The notes beneath the pieces were generated by a model that did no database searches, had not been told where the DNA came from, and was given only the letters and a program-made list of their open reading frames with translations. From NCBI GenBank assembly GCA_964016885.1, contig OZ024740.1, positions 43,152,001 through 43,216,000 of the forward strand: a stretch of 64,000 nucleotides of DNA, written 5' to 3'. The number at the start of each line of letters is the position of its first letter. The stretch's first letter is position 1. This document shows, one piece after another, positions 12,921 to 27,759 of this stretch. The position numbers and the translations under genes are program-made. The DNA comes from Eledone cirrhosa (taxonomy: Eukaryota).

Positions 12921-14269
12921 CATATCTATACATCTACTTAACAGTTTTCTTTTAATCTATCTAGCTTTTCTGAAAGCCAAACAAATGTATAGAACTCTGT
13001 CGCAGGTTATGTAGTATCATGAATTATAAATCTATATTTTCTGTCATAATTTGCTTGAAAATAAATTTGCTGTCAAAGGAAGGATTGTAACCATAGAAAT
13101 ATCTATTCTAGTGAATTTCTCTGTGTCTGGTGTTTCTCGAACTTAATATATATGTATTAAATAGTAGAAAGTATAGTAAAAGTAATAGTGGGTCAAATAA
13201 TTACTGTCAGATTTGAACATTTTTCAAGATCTTTCTTCTCCATATTCATTTTTCATGGACTTTAATACTCATTAATCGTATCAGCATATTTTGGAATTTT
13301 GCTTCGTAGCTAAATTTAACGAAGATATACGTTTGACAATGCTAATATACACGGACATATTGCCAACAGAGAAATCCCGTCAAATATACTGCACATTTCT
13401 TAGATATCACCTTGAGCTGTATTGTACAACGACACAGAGCCAAGTAACTAATATTAGGAGTTGTTGGGAGATGAGTAATTTTGCTGTAGTCTGAAATCAA
13501 ATAGTTAACAAGGGCGTGTCACCAAATATGTTGGGAATAATGAATGAATGAATTTATTTACTATTGGCAATCTATCAATGCATAGCAATCGCATATCTTA
13601 TATCGGCGGGACATTTTCCGAGGGCATCTGTAGCATACATAAATGGTCATTATTTCATTGTGTCCGAAGTGTGTGAAGTTGTCTATCAGAAACTTACCTC
13701 TTTAACTACGGGAATTGCAAAGAAAGCGAAGGAATACATATTTATATTGCATGTCATCTGGTAGCAATGCCTTTATGGGGAAGAGGTATATTTTATGTAA
13801 TTAATCAAAAAGTATAATTAAAATAAGATGATTTAACCAAATTAATTATCCTTTTGAGTTTCCCGCAGAACTAGCAGAGTAGCGCGTCGTTTCCTTGCAT
13901 TTTCACCATAGAATGCATTTCTTTCAATTGTTTTATTCCATGCCAAACCATGTCTTCCCTGTGCCTTATCTAACGTTACCTATTCCCCTAGCCTAGCCCC
14001 GTGCATGATCAATCGTCCCCAAGGTAGTTTCTATGGACATTTACTCACTGGAGCTGTATGTTGAAGTGGTATGAGTAGTTTGTTGTAACGTGTGTTACTT
14101 TGCGTAACGGTTGAGTGGTCTCTATGAGGAATTTCTCTGCCTCACAGCGAAAACAATGCCGCCAATTGAGAGCATATATGGACGGAATAATAAGGTCACA
14201 CTGAAAGAATGCGTGAGAAGATCGGTAAAAGTCAGACTTCTTAAATTGTCACAGAAACAGTGATTGAGG

Positions 14270-14392
14270 ATATTAGAGTTACGCCCCTTTATGGTCTGAG
14301 TTTAAATCCCGCCGAGGTTAACTTTGCCTTTCATCATTACGAGGTCGATACAACAAAGTACCAGTAATGCACTGGGATAATTGCTGGCCTCT
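14270..14392 (+). mobile_element. SINE family A fragment
   Basis: Matches 8950-9070. Confidence 0.85.
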
Positions 14393-14837
14393 TTTATTCA
14401 TTTCTTGGGATGCAGATTTTCAAAAATCAAGCCATTTTTCTCTAGAACCCACAGTTTTGGAGGCCTTCGGTGATATACAAACGTACATACACATATACAC
14501 TCACAAATATATAGTAGATGATATGAAATTATCGAATATTAGAGATTCGTATCAAAATGTCTTTTATGCAAATATATTGATTCTTGATTTACGGACTAGG
14601 CCAGCAAATTTGAGGAAAGAGTAAAGTTGAGTACATCAACCCCAATACTTGACTGGTACATTAAATGATCGATCCTGAGGGATAAAATACAAATTTGTCT
14701 TCGGAATGATTTGAACTGATAATGTTGACTCAGATCAAATGTTGCAATGACATTTTATCCCATGCTTTACCAATTCTATTAATCCACCACACTCCTTTTA
14801 TATTAATACGATGAATTCAAAAGAAAATGTAGATAAT

Positions 14838-14990
14838 GTGAAGGCGCATGGCTTAGTGGTTAGAGCATTGGGCTTGCGATGGAGAGGTTGTGAGTTCAAT
14901 TCTCGGACCGTGTGATGTGTCGTTTCCTTAAGCAAGACACTTTATTTCACGTTGCTCCAGTTTACTCAGCTTTAGAAATGAGATGATAGA
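14838..14990 (+). mobile_element. CORE-type tRNA-derived SINE
   Basis: A box TGGCTTAGTGG, B box GAGTTCAATTC, CORE-like CCTTAAGCAAGACACTTTATTTCACGTTGCTCCAG. Confidence 0.85.
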
Positions 14991-15469
14991 ACTGGGGTCC
15001 CTATCATTAAATCACCCAAGACCTCCCCAACGAGATATACATTGGAGGAGGCCAGCTAAACCTGCATAGTAGCTAAACACAGAAATACCTACACCCATCA
15101 AAATCCAAAAGTGATGTACACAAAAGAGCAAATATGCAAATCTCCTAGAAATGTTCCGAAATAATTACACAGATAAAGAGTTAGATATATTAATATTCAA
15201 ATATGCAAAATAGATAATTAATAATCTTGCATACTGTTTTCCCGGTATTCATTTCAGTAGGAAAAATTACCCTATTACCCTTGTTTTCAGCATTTTTCTC
15301 TTTTAATTTAGGTGTTAACGTTTCTAATTTTAAGGACATACAAAGAGATTATTACTAATAATTCATACATCTCTCTTTCTGTTTTTCTTTGTATAATTCT
15401 TCTTCTTCGTCGTCGTCTTCTTCTTCTCCTTCCTCTTCTTCTTCGTCGTCTTCGTCTTCGTCTTCTTCT

Positions 15470-15800
15470 AGATCAGCTGAGTTTATGGATGTTATCGAAC
15501 CATCTTGCTCGGGGCGTACCTCCCGGGCTCCTGTCGATTGGATTTGCCCGTAAAATCTCTCCCACGATTTATCCCTGCAACAATCTAATCACGTGCATAT
15601 AGTATCGGAGCTGTGATCACTTAATTCGGAGAAGTCGTGGCTCTACCTGAAGTGAGACTCTGATCTCCGAGCTACGCGCTCTGTCGTGTAAAATTACTCT
15701 AAAGACTCTTCGGAACCCCCCATTTCGGCCACTTGTATTCGAGATGCTATTCTTTCGGTCATTAACCAAGATTCATGACCATATGTAAGGATAGGAAATG
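15470..15800 (-). mobile_element. Decayed RTE-type LINE 3' fragment
   Basis: Minus strand reads YGHESWLMTERIASRIQVAEMG-like and G.RPRA.W-like segments; (CTT)n tail at 15398-15470. Confidence 0.6.
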
Positions 15801-17663
15801 AGTGTGCATGCTTTGTACACTATGTTGGTTAAAAGCATACAACACAGATATACCGTGAGAAGAAAAACACTTCTTAGGGAATCATTTTACATTGTGTGAG
15901 ACGGTCAAGAGAACGGCGCATTCTAAACCCTAGTCTGAGCCGTATGTTTTACCGGACAAACTGGTGAACGCTTTGCACTGGAGAATGGCCAGCGAACCCT
16001 GCTGCAACAGCCATCCCACCTCATAGGGCTCCTTCGTCGAGTGGCCTGCTGTCTTTCCGATTTTACAGTGAACAGCAGTTCCTTGACCGATGACATTTGA
16101 ATTCTTCATGGCCACCGGTGCGAAAGGAAGCGATCTGTGAAGCTCCAGTATATGATTATCTATTTCTCTGCATTGCACGCAGCGGGGCTTGAGTTTACAA
16201 CCGAAGTGACATGCGTTACTTATTCAGTAGCATAACATTTATGCTTGTATGCCGTCTTGTATGAGGTTCTAGAATTCTAAATTAGATAAATAATATATTG
16301 GCAGCAGGTAAACTAGTTAATTACCTTCGTTAATAACGTTTATAAACTAGATTATTTAGTACGTAACCATACCAATATTGTATTGCATCAGCAAAATTTT
16401 CTTTTCGCTATCCTTCCTTCTTAAAATAGTCAACCAACGTATTTTCCAATAATAGCAAACGGTGTATATTTACAAATAATATACATAAAAAGATAGTATA
16501 CAGAAATATTTTCCTAGATTATGTATCATACTAAATTATGTATACATATTCATAAAAATTTCCATCCGCATTTAATGGATAAAAGTAGATGGAAACATTA
16601 ACAACTGCATATCAAAATTAGTCAAAATGATATCGAATGTGCTTTAATAAAAGTGAAGTGGTTTGCTGACTATTTTCTATAAATCTTTCTTGATATCATA
16701 CTAGGGAAATAAATGAGTAGGAAATTCCGAATCATCATTGAACATTTTTGTTAATCCCTAATGGAAATACGAACAAAGATTCTATATTTTTAGAGATTTT
16801 ATTGAAAACTAATATAAAAATAGTGGCAAAAAAATACTAACCCTTTTTTTATCAGGAGGAAGTGTTTGTGCTAATGGTCATTCCAGGTATATTGAGAGCG
16901 AAAAGATCGACGCGGTTAATGTTTCTCTTAAATGTTTGCCAGGTACTGACTGTAGAAAAACATAAACAGGTGGTCAACGGTCTATGAAGCGAATGTAGGG
17001 TTTGATATAGTAGTCACTGTATCTTGAGGTGTGTTTGAGGTGAAGGGAGAAAGCATAAGTCTAGAGTGAATATTGCTGAAATATAGAAAAAAGACAATTT
17101 CAAGGTTATTAATTTAAAATTTATATTCGAAATTACATTATTCATTATATTCAACAATTCCACGGATCTAGAATACATTAGATATTTGGGCAATAGATAC
17201 AATAATGTATTTTAATATTTGGTTGGTAGCAAGCATATTTTATAGATATAACACGCAGCTCAACAGATGAATAAATTTTGATAGGTTATATTTCACTGAA
17301 TCTGAGACAGTAAACTTTGATAAAGATAGTTTTAAATATATAGTTTCCAGGAAAATAATAGACACCGATAATTAAAAATTCTATAGTTATATATAATGCA
17401 CACTTCATTAAATCTGATTTCTATTAATATGGTGATGTGCATCTTGTACAACATATAACATCTGTATTTGAATTATATTAAAGATTGCTTAAATCAAATG
17501 GACTAACAAGGTGTTGCTGATCAACAATCCTAGTAATAGTGCTGTAAAATTATCATACTGTAATCTTAAACTGATAAAAACGTTAAGAAGAAATGCCATT
17601 TAACTTAGTTAGCTATTAATCTTTCTAAATCACAGAAATTATATTTATTTACATTAATATTAT

Positions 17664-17845
17664 AATTGTTTCTACCTTTTTGGCACAAGGCCAGCAATTA
17701 CCCAGTGTATTACTGGTACTTTATTTTATCGACCCCATAAGGATAAAAGGCAAAGTTAACCTCGGCGGGATTTGAACTCAGAATGGCAACTCTATGCGTC
17801 AAAGCATGGCGCCCGACCCTCTACCGACTGCCAATCCACCGCCAT
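17664..17845 (-). mobile_element. SINE family A
   Basis: Reverse complement of 8901-9089. Confidence 0.88.
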
Positions 17846-18759
17846 CCACATCAATATTATAATGCTGCATTGAATGTAACTGTATGTTACAATATTTTGT
17901 AATCTCGTAAATGAACCACCAAATTGATTGGGGACAAATACATATGTGATCTCTCTAATTCTATAGGCAATGATGGATCTTTGCCTCATGGGGAGTGAGG
18001 AGGAATTTTAGCCGTTGGAGGATTATATATTTATAAAACTTCCAACTGTTGAGTGCTGATCACTTAGAAACAGTAAGTATATTTACGTTTGAAGATATAG
18101 CAACCATTCAATAAGTAAAGTTTAGAAGTCACGAAACTTAGTACATAGACAATTAATCAGAAACAACTTCTGGGAAATATACATAGAAAAGATTATTAAA
18201 TATCTCTGAGAAGTATTATTCTATATTATTTCCCTAGGAAATTAAATTAATGAGTATGAACACCAAAGATCATGTTCATTACTAATGTCTAGTCAAACTA
18301 ATAAATTATTGTCACACAGATAATATAAATTTCCATTAAATGATGCTTAATACTTTACAGATCTCCAGTGTGTAGCTGGTAACGAGTATTGGGTCGTTAA
18401 GTATGAAATTTGTAAGTATTTATAGAAAAAAAACAAATTTCTACCAATTACATACTTGACGACCCAATATATTTCATAAATATGAAAGCTCCAAATGTGG
18501 AAATCTCTACTCCTTGTAGACCTATTGCAAACAAACGGAGTCGAAAAAACAAACAACTTGTGAAATGATTTGTGAGATCACACACAAACATAGTCGTGCG
18601 TACTACATTTATACATACATATATATATATATGAATGAATATATCTATATGTCAGCATGTGTGCATGCATATATATTTGAAAATTAAATTAGACCTTTCG
18701 TCGTATTTTGATAATAGAAAAATGTCTAATAGCTACGTGTTTATTTACACACACACATA

Positions 18760-19450
<691 letters not shown>

Positions 19451-19918
19451 CTTTTCCTGAGTCCAGGCTTTTCCGTGGCTAGTGCAATGCGGCTGGACAG
19501 CCGATCACTATTTTGATTTGCAAAGCTGTCTAAACGTATTGTTATTACTCTGGGTTATTATTCTCCATCGAGTGCTAAAGCTACATTTCGAATTTGCATT
19601 CGTTAGCTTTGCCGCAGCCTAAAGCTTCGTTAATACTGTACTAAAATATGTATATACATATATATATATATATACGTAGAAAAATAAGAAATATGAGAAC
19701 AGACCGTTACAACATGTTTATTTAAAACAGCACCGTGCTGTTTTAAATAAACATGATGTAACAGCCTGTTCTCATATTTCTTATTTTTCCACGAGATATT
19801 GACACTTCTAATATCTAACACTGCCAGCACTAGCATTGAGTAGCCCCTGCATACGCTATTTGGCAAATAACTACAAGTATCACCTATCCCTCCTTATCTG
19901 TCTCTCGATACGTAAATG

Positions 19919-19957
<39 letters not shown>

Positions 19958-19959
<2 letters not shown>

Positions 19960-20480
19960 AAATATTAGACAAATAATGAATAAACAATTCCTTATATTAA
20001 ACAAAAAAAGTTCATTATTTAACGATCGTTTCTAGGGTATATATGTGTTATAATTGGTATGCATATTCAACAGATCTATGTACAAAATTATACAAAATTA
20101 TACAAATTATCAAGATTAAATATACATACCTAACACATATATACGCCGTCTTCAGAAATAAATCATGTTAGGTATGTATATTTAATCTTGATAATTTGTA
20201 TAATTTTGTATAATTTTGTACATAGATCTGTTGAATATGCATACCAATTATAACACATATATACCCTAGAAACGATCGTTAAATAATGAACTTTTTTTGT
20301 TTAATATAAGGAATTGTTTATTCATTATTTGTCTAATATTTTATCTTGACTCTGTATACCGTTTATCTTTCACCGAAAGTGGATTTTCATTACATCTCTT
20401 CTTTCCATGATATCCGGAATACATTGAGTTCTTCATACGGATTGGACACTACCGTAAACTCTTGGTAGATTTATCTACAT
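19958..20480. mobile_element. Short fold-back PLE pseudo-LTR remnant
   Basis: 19958-20136 inverted at 20166-20343; (TA)n on both sides. Confidence 0.8.
20015..20161 (-). ncRNA. Hammerhead ribozyme with ~115-nt stem II
   Basis: UUAUUU-CUGAAGA-c-GG.GUAUAUAUGUGUUA...UAACACAUAUAUACCC-ua-GAAAC-gauc-GUU-AAAUAA; perfect 6-bp stem I and long perfect stem II base. Confidence 0.85.
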
Positions 20481-20731
20481 ATATATATATATTTATTTAT
20501 TTATTTATTAAAATAACAGATTAAACTTTAAGCAAAGAATCTCGCTGCTTTCACCCTTAACGGGATCTTCTTGAAAAGATCCCATTAAGGGTGAAAGCAG
20601 TAATTCTTTGCTTAAACATTAATCTGTTATTTCAATAAATATTTGCTTACGGTACTTATATATTTGATATATATTTATCCTTATAGAGCCATCTTTGGAT
20701 TTTTGTCTTCAAATTTATTATTATTACTATT

Positions 20732-20770
<39 letters not shown>

Positions 20771-20774
<4 letters not shown>

Positions 20775-21243
20775 TAAAAGAGAAAACACAGGTAAGCATT
20801 AAGAGAAGGATTTTATCCAAGTATTTACGACCGTTCCATTGGTAAGTGCAACCTTATATTGCTATACTGCAAATAGCAGCCACTTAATTATAATTGTTGT
20901 TCACAGTCCAAATTTTCAAAATAGTGAGTAAGTTACTCTTGAAATAATTCTTAATATATAGAGAAAAACATTTATTTGGAATTGTATTTACTAGTATATA
21001 GAGAGAGGGATCAGAAGGTGAGGGGACAAACGGAATAGTATAGAGAGAGGGGAAGGCGGAAGAGGTAGGAAGTAGAGTGCCAAACTGAGATGGAGTGAGG
21101 GGTAGAGGTGGAAGGATTCCTTGGTCAGTTTTGATAGCAGACTTCATGTCGTGGAATGTAGTGAGTTAAAGAGAATTAAATTGATCATAGTGGGTTGGAT
21201 GGATAGAGAGGGTGAGAAAGAGGGGGGGGGGGGATATAAAGAG

Positions 21244-21297
<54 letters not shown>

Positions 21298-23625
21298 AAG
21301 ATAAAGATAATAATGAAAAAAAATAAAAGCAAAGATGGGGGTGAGAAAGAAGAAAATAAAAGATAGCTAAGAAGGGGAGGGAAGGAAAGAAGAAAACAAA
21401 GAAATAGAAGAGGAATGAATTGGTTTTGTGGGTAATTAAAAGGGTTTAGATACAACAAGAAGGTATAAAGTCCAAGTATATGCAGTTTGTCAGTTGGTAG
21501 TAAGAGGTTAAGTGTTCGATTTGTAGTGCGAAAACTTCTCTTTCAGTCTATGGTTACAATAAATTGATCTTTCGATTTTATTGTTGAATAACTTATTCTT
21601 CGAACTCAAGATGTGGAACAGCTCAAGTTCGCATAATTGACAGCTTCTCATACCACTCCGATATGGGGGCGCGTTCGATAATTTCTTCCACTTCAGGGTG
21701 TATTGATGGTTACTTTCCCTCAGTTGCCAGGTCTTGTTTGCAAGGGTAGTTACATAACGATGCTGGGAATGTTTCATTGCGTAGCGGTGTGTATACCAAC
21801 GGGCTTTAAATGTATTCCCAGTCGCTCCGATGATATACCATTTCTGGTTGTCTGATTCCACTGTGCATTGGTAAACCAGATTAGACTGCATACATTCATT
21901 ATGTAATGGACAGATTTCAGGTAGGTGGCAATTACAATTCTTGTCATGGGCAACTTTGGCATTATTGGTGGGCTGCGATGCCTGTACAAGTGTGTTACGT
22001 TTTGTTTGCCTATTAGCGGGTGGTTGTGTATTAGATATTCTGTTGTGTTCGGTGGTGATTGTATTGTTATTGTTATAAATTTGTGTTTTGGTGTTGTTAT
22101 GTATCTTTTTAGCGTTAAGCATCTTAATGTGTGCCTCTATATTTTGTGCCGTGGAGTAAGATAGTCTAATAGATTTAGTGTTAAGGATTTTGCTGTATCT
22201 ATGTGAATCTGGAAAGTGCTTATTTATTATTCTAAAGAAGGTAGAGGGTAGGTTAGTACTAATAGAGGTGTTAAATATGGGGTTATACCAAATATATTTT
22301 CTACTGCGTGACTTGTTTTATTTCGATGTTGTATTTCTATTTGCCGTATACTTTGCAGTTCTATGCGTAAGTGCGTGTGTGCGTGTGTTACCGGAGTTTG
22401 TGTTATGCGTGTTCGTGTGCGCTTCACGGAGGCTTTCATCTATATATTCTACTCTATCTAAGTAGCCTGCCTTGTCTAATGCGCTATTGTAGTATTCTGC
22501 ATGTTCTTCAAGATTTGTCGGTTAGACGAGAGGCGGGAGATCCTTAGGGATATGCTGCGTGGAATGGATTTAATTATGGATAGTGGGTGGTTTGAGTTAC
22601 AGTTGATGTATGCTAAGTTTTCATTAATCTTGTGAAAAGGTCTTATTAGAGCCGTATTTAGGTTAAGCGACGCGTCTAGAAAGTTAACTGTTTTAGTGCT
22701 ATACTCATACGTTATGCTAAGGCCTAGTTTCCCGAGTGTCTTTCTAATATTCTTACGGAGTCTTTCTATGCTCTGTTTATTTAGGTTATTAACTAGGAGA
22801 AGGGCGTCGTCTCTGTAGATTCCACCGTGAAGGTCGCTAAACTCACTTTGTAAACTATGTGCTATGTAAACACCTACTAAATCTGTGACTTGAGCCGAGT
22901 CGTTAGCCCCCATCGTCATGTCAAAGTTATTTAATCTATCCTTACGTTCCCAAAAGGCGTTTTCAAATTTAATTATTGTTTTCCTAGCAGCTAATATGAT
23001 TTTTATCTTGTCGACTGTTATGTCAGAATTGGCTTTGGCGAATGCTAAGGCTTTATCCAAGGTGTTGGGGGATATAGATGAGTAATCAATTTAATCAATT
23101 TAATTCTCTTTAACTCACTACATTCCACGACATGAAGTCTGCTATCAAACCTGACCAAGGAATCATTCCACCTCTACCCTCCCTCCATCTCAGTTTGTCA
23201 CTCTACTTCCTACCTCTACCCCCTTCCTCTCTCTCTATACTATTCCGTTTGTCCCCTCACCTTCTGATTCCTCTCTCTATATGCTAGTAAATACAATTCC
23301 AAATAAATGTTTTTCTCTATATATTAAGAATTATTTCAAGACTAACTTACTGACTATTTGGACTGTGAACAACAATTATAATTGCATGGCTACTATTTGC
23401 AGTATAGCAATATAAGGTTGCACTTACCAATGAAACGGTCGTAAATACCCGGATAAAATCTTTCTCTTAATGCTTACCTGTGTTTTCTCTTTTATACTTT
23501 AAACTCCAAGATTGAACGGAATTCTTACAAACTTGTGGAGTTACCCCTAACCGTACGTTGAAACCATCCATGAAACTGGCTTTCTTAACCAAGAACTGGA
23601 TCACAATAAGCAATTTTTTGCTTCT

Positions 23626-23630
<5 letters not shown>
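20771..23630 (-). mobile_element. 5'-truncated PLE (Hydra-clade-like) with ~400-bp inverted 3' copy
   Basis: RT and GIY-YIG at 23085-21508; 20771-21185 inverted at 23092-23497; (TA)n flanks. Confidence 0.9.
21508..23085 (-). pseudogene. PLE reverse transcriptase plus GIY-YIG endonuclease, frameshifted
   Basis: FDMTMGANDSAQVTDLVG, GIYRDDA, VNFLD, SNHPLSIIKSIP, CNCx5CPL, KWYIIGAT..FKARWYTH, CQLC. Confidence 0.92.
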
Positions 23631-23668
<38 letters not shown>

Positions 23669-23830
23669 GTATTTCCGTCGGAAAGTTACAGGAAAAAATA
23701 GTGCTCTATGTAGGCTACAGAGCTTATTAGTTGTGTAATAAACAACATAAGATAATTATGTTGTTTATTACATAAATATATAAATAAATAAATAAATAAA
23801 TAAATAGATGAATAATAAATAAATAAATAA

Positions 23831-23869
<39 letters not shown>

Positions 23870-23870
<1 letters not shown>

Positions 23871-24205
23871 TTGTTTTGCAAGGTTTTTTCATATGAAAAC
23901 GTTGTCGAAACAAATATTGTTATACTTGGAGAGGGTCATATTATAATAACATTGCCAGAAATAATAACAGAACACAGTCACTGTTTCGTTGATTTTCGCT
24001 TCTGTATCTATGATATCTCCATAGTTAATTCATTTGGCCATCAATGTTTATCACTGACTGACCAACGGTCAAAAATACAGATATAAATACATATATATAG
24101 TTTAACAAAGTTCTTTCGTTGCACATCTGCAACATCGTCAGTGGTAATATTATCATGTTTCCCCTGCTGTATTGTATATATTGTAGTGTCTACGCCATTT
24201 TTGTT

Positions 24206-24240
<35 letters not shown>

Positions 24241-26430
24241 TGTTTGTCCTCGTCTCTGCGCATGCGTTTGCGTGTGTGTATAGTGTTTGGTGTGTGTGTT
24301 CACGTTTCGGTGACTGTATTTTGGTTATTGTATTCTATCTTAGTTTATTAGTGTGTGTTTATATGTTTGTAATTATTGTGCTTGGGTATATATATATTTA
24401 TTTATTTATTTATTTATTTATATTTCTCTTAAGTCAGTATTGTTTTTTGGGGTGTTGTTATTCCATTCATTGTTTCTGTTTAGCTTTGGCTTTCTAAGCT
24501 CTATTTCACTTGCTTCTCTGATGGATCATTTCTATCTTTAGATATTATTTTAATTTCCATGTTGTCTATGTTACCGTCATGTTGTTGTCTGGCGTGTTCG
24601 TGTAGTACTGAACCGTTTTTTTGTCCTTTTAATCCCATCCTCAACCCTAGTGTTGGTCTATTCTTTCTCTTATGCTTCGAACTGTCTCACCTATGTATGT
24701 CGTTTCATGTTTCTGCAAGTACCCTCTGTACATCTTATGCTATAGACTATATTTCTAGTTTTACAGTTTATCTGGAGGTTTACTTTACATATTAACACAT
24801 TTCTTATTAGTACATTGGGTTTCTTAAAAGGGTATGTTTTGATGATCAGTGATTTTATGTTAGTTCCTGGCTTTTCTACCACTTTAATCTTTAAGTGGGT
24901 CTTTCTTAGGGCCTTTCGATATTGGTTAGCTAATTTCTCCCCAGGGGTAGCATCCACGAACATGACACTCTGGTATCTCTGGTTGTCGTACCATGAGGTG
25001 GCTTTCCCTATCTTATGTTTAGTCCCATCTAAGCTATTCCATGATTTGCTCCTGTATAATGGGCAAATTCCTTTCATGTCCAGTTCTATGAGGCTCTTAT
25101 ACTTCTCCGTGGCTCCTTTGCATACTCTGATTCTGTCTCTTTGGTTGTAGCTAGAGAACTGCATGCGGTTGATGAAGTGTTGAATGCGTCTTTCCATTTC
25201 TGTTGGGTCGCACATGCGGGACACGTTCTTAATCACTCGTACCAAGTCTGCTATCAGAATATTAAACTTAGCACTACTGGACATTGCTGAGTTTTTGAGT
25301 ATCAGTTATTTGGAGGCCATGGGTTAAGCGTAGTGTGAGTGGAGAATTTGGGCCCTCTCGTCTATAGTGTTAATTCAGAGTTCCGTGTCTAATACAGGTA
25401 GTTTATTGTTAGAGTGTTTGGAAGGGTAGTCAATAGTTACAGTTATACTCTGGTGTATGGAGTTAGCTATCTGCTGGATGCTTTCCATTGTGCTATATTC
25501 TAAATCATGTTCGTTAGTACTCTCTTCTGCGGGTGTCCTTATTAATATATTAATATCGGATACGTAACGCGAGTACATGATGAGGTCTATGGAGCCCTTT
25601 TCAATGAGATCTTTGAATCTCCTTTCCCACCATACCGTAAAAAGGTTGGCAACATCACCAGTTATGCTGACGTCAATGGCTGCTCCCTCATTTGGGGTGT
25701 AGATCTTTTCATTGAATTGGAATATATGACCCTTTATGGTAGTTTGAATACTAGCCCCTATTTCATGCGTGACCATTTTTATCACCTGATCATTGTTTTT
25801 GGGTGTCCGTATGGCTTTGGTCCACCCAATCCATCTTCCCATGGGAGTCTTTTTTTTCATTGAGGTTATGGTGGAGGGGGGTCTATCTCTTATGGGTCTA
25901 CTGGGACAGAAACGGCTAAGGTCATGGCTGTCTAGGTACTCGGTGTCATAGGTAAGTCTAAGTAGGAGGCCCAGTTCACCTGTTTCGACGTCGCAGAACT
26001 CCACCTCACTCTCACTGATTATCTCCACACATTTTTCCACAACAAAATCAATGTTAATGGATGGGTACAGTGATACCACGTCCATACTGCCTATTATGCA
26101 GTTAGATAGGTTTTTGTTTTTATCGCAAAATATGGGCTGTATAACCAATGAGGGGAAGTAGGAGATCCTGTAGTTGCTAGCGATATTGGCTCCACATACA
26201 TGTCTTGTTGGTGGTCATGTCGTCGGTGGTCCTTTGTTAGACTATATATATGTATTTATATCTGCATTTCTGACCGTTCGTCAGTCAGTGATAAACATTG
26301 ATAGCCAAATGAATTAACTATGGAGATATAAAAGATACAGAAGCGAAAACCAACCAAACAGTGAGTTTGTTCTGTTATTATTTCTGGAAAGTTTATTACA
26401 ACAATATGACACCCCCCAAGTATAACAATA
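23870..26430 (-). mobile_element. PLE of a second lineage (RT 26148-25375, thumb/EN to ~24500) with inverted 3' copy at 26240-26430
   Basis: SMDVVSLYPSI, EGAAI..SITG.VANLF, YSRYVSDI, KLPVLD, NCKTRNIVYSIRC; 23915-24110 inverted at 26234-26430. Confidence 0.85.
24104..24146 (-). ncRNA. Hammerhead ribozyme in PLE 3'UTR
   Basis: CCA-CUGACGA-u-GUUGCA-gaug-UGCAAC-GAAAG-aa-CUU-UG; 6-bp stem II. Confidence 0.75.
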
Positions 26431-26671
26431 TATATATAAAGAAAATAAGAAAGTTTTCACTTTTTGTTGGTAAAATTAGACTTGTCGAATAATTGTGCAA
26501 CTGTAAATGAAGTGACAACTTACCAGATAGATGACTCAACACGTATAATTGAATACAGAGAGATAATATTCCAGGTGTTAATCTATGAGTATTTGTTCAG
26601 GTTCCAATAATTCACGGAGTACGTATAAGTAATGTTCAAGTTTGATAAGAAAAAAATATTATTTAATTACA

Positions 26672-26787
26672 CACTTTTACACGTGTTTCATTATTGAATT
26701 ATGTCATTGTCTACAAGGGGATTTCGAAATTTTCTATCATTCGCGCATTTCGTTAAACATTATACGTCAACAGTTTCTCAGAAAATG
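26672..26787 (-). ncRNA. Degenerate long-stem-II hammerhead
   Basis: CAUUUU-CUGAGAA...GAAAC-acgu-GUA-AAAGUG; palindromic ACACGUGU; core deviates from CUGANGA. Confidence 0.5.
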
Positions 26788-26874
26788 AATAATTCATAGA
26801 TATTTTGATAGTGAGGAAATTAATGTGGAAGGGCTGTTAAGTTGAATATTGGTATACAAGTGTCTCTGGTTCTA

Positions 26875-27612
26875 TTAGGTTGTTCCGAAAATAATGGCCG
26901 ATTTCAGAAACATAATTTTATTCTGGAAAAATTAACAATAGAAATGTTTTGATTAGTCAAATTATGAGCCGTGAACATCTATGCATCTCTGCCTATTGGC
27001 TATTCGGTCAAGAAAAAGATCATTGGTGTTTCGCAGAAAGGGCATCGAGCACAATTCAAAACGCCGAACTTTTTGATTTTCATTGAGCTCATGCGGTACC
27101 CATTTATCGAGCTTTTTCACCTTACCAATCTTCTTAAAATGGCGTGAGATCGTTGCAATACCGACACCAAGTGCCTCAGATATTTCTCTGACACTTTGAC
27201 GTAGGTTTTGTTCAACAATTGCTTTCAATTGTTCATTGTCAAGACTGCATGACCGTCCTCTACCTTCTTCATCTTCAAGGCTCTCATCAGCACTACGGAA
27301 TTTATGAAACCACATTCATACTGTGCGATCATTTGTGGACTCTATTGATATTGGCAGCTGTTTTGGAGGCATTGTGCCCAAGCTTGAACTCATGCAAGAA
27401 GAGTAAGCGAAGGTCCTTTTTTGTCATGTTCATAATTAAGAGTGCCTATGCTTCAAGAATGTTTTCTGTCTGAAATAAGTAGAAACTTATTAAAGAATAT
27501 ACATCAATTATTAAGTATGTTGAAATTCACCTAAAATAAATTAAAATACTATGATAAAATTGCGTTTCAAAACACAACACTTAGAGCGGCCATTATTTCC
27601 GGAACAACCTAA
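26875..27612 (-). mobile_element. Internally deleted mariner transposon with TIRs and TA target duplication
   Basis: TIR TTAGGTTGTTCCG.AAATAATGGCCG at both ends, flanked by TA; transposase N-half with WFHKFRS, GR, WVPHEL; DD34D region missing. Confidence 0.92.
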
Positions 27613-27759
27613 TACTTAAGTTGTACTTGCCAGGGGTTAAGAAGTAATTATCTGTAGACTAAAGAGGGTGATGTAAGCTATGGGGTTAGTGACTGAATCA
27701 TGGTTCTCAGATTTTCTTTACCCCACCATTGTTCTTTGACTATATTTTCTGTTTATGCT

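Noticed and set aside
14838-14910. tRNA gene
   Set aside because: tRNA-like head continues into a SINE body and the cloverleaf is not intact
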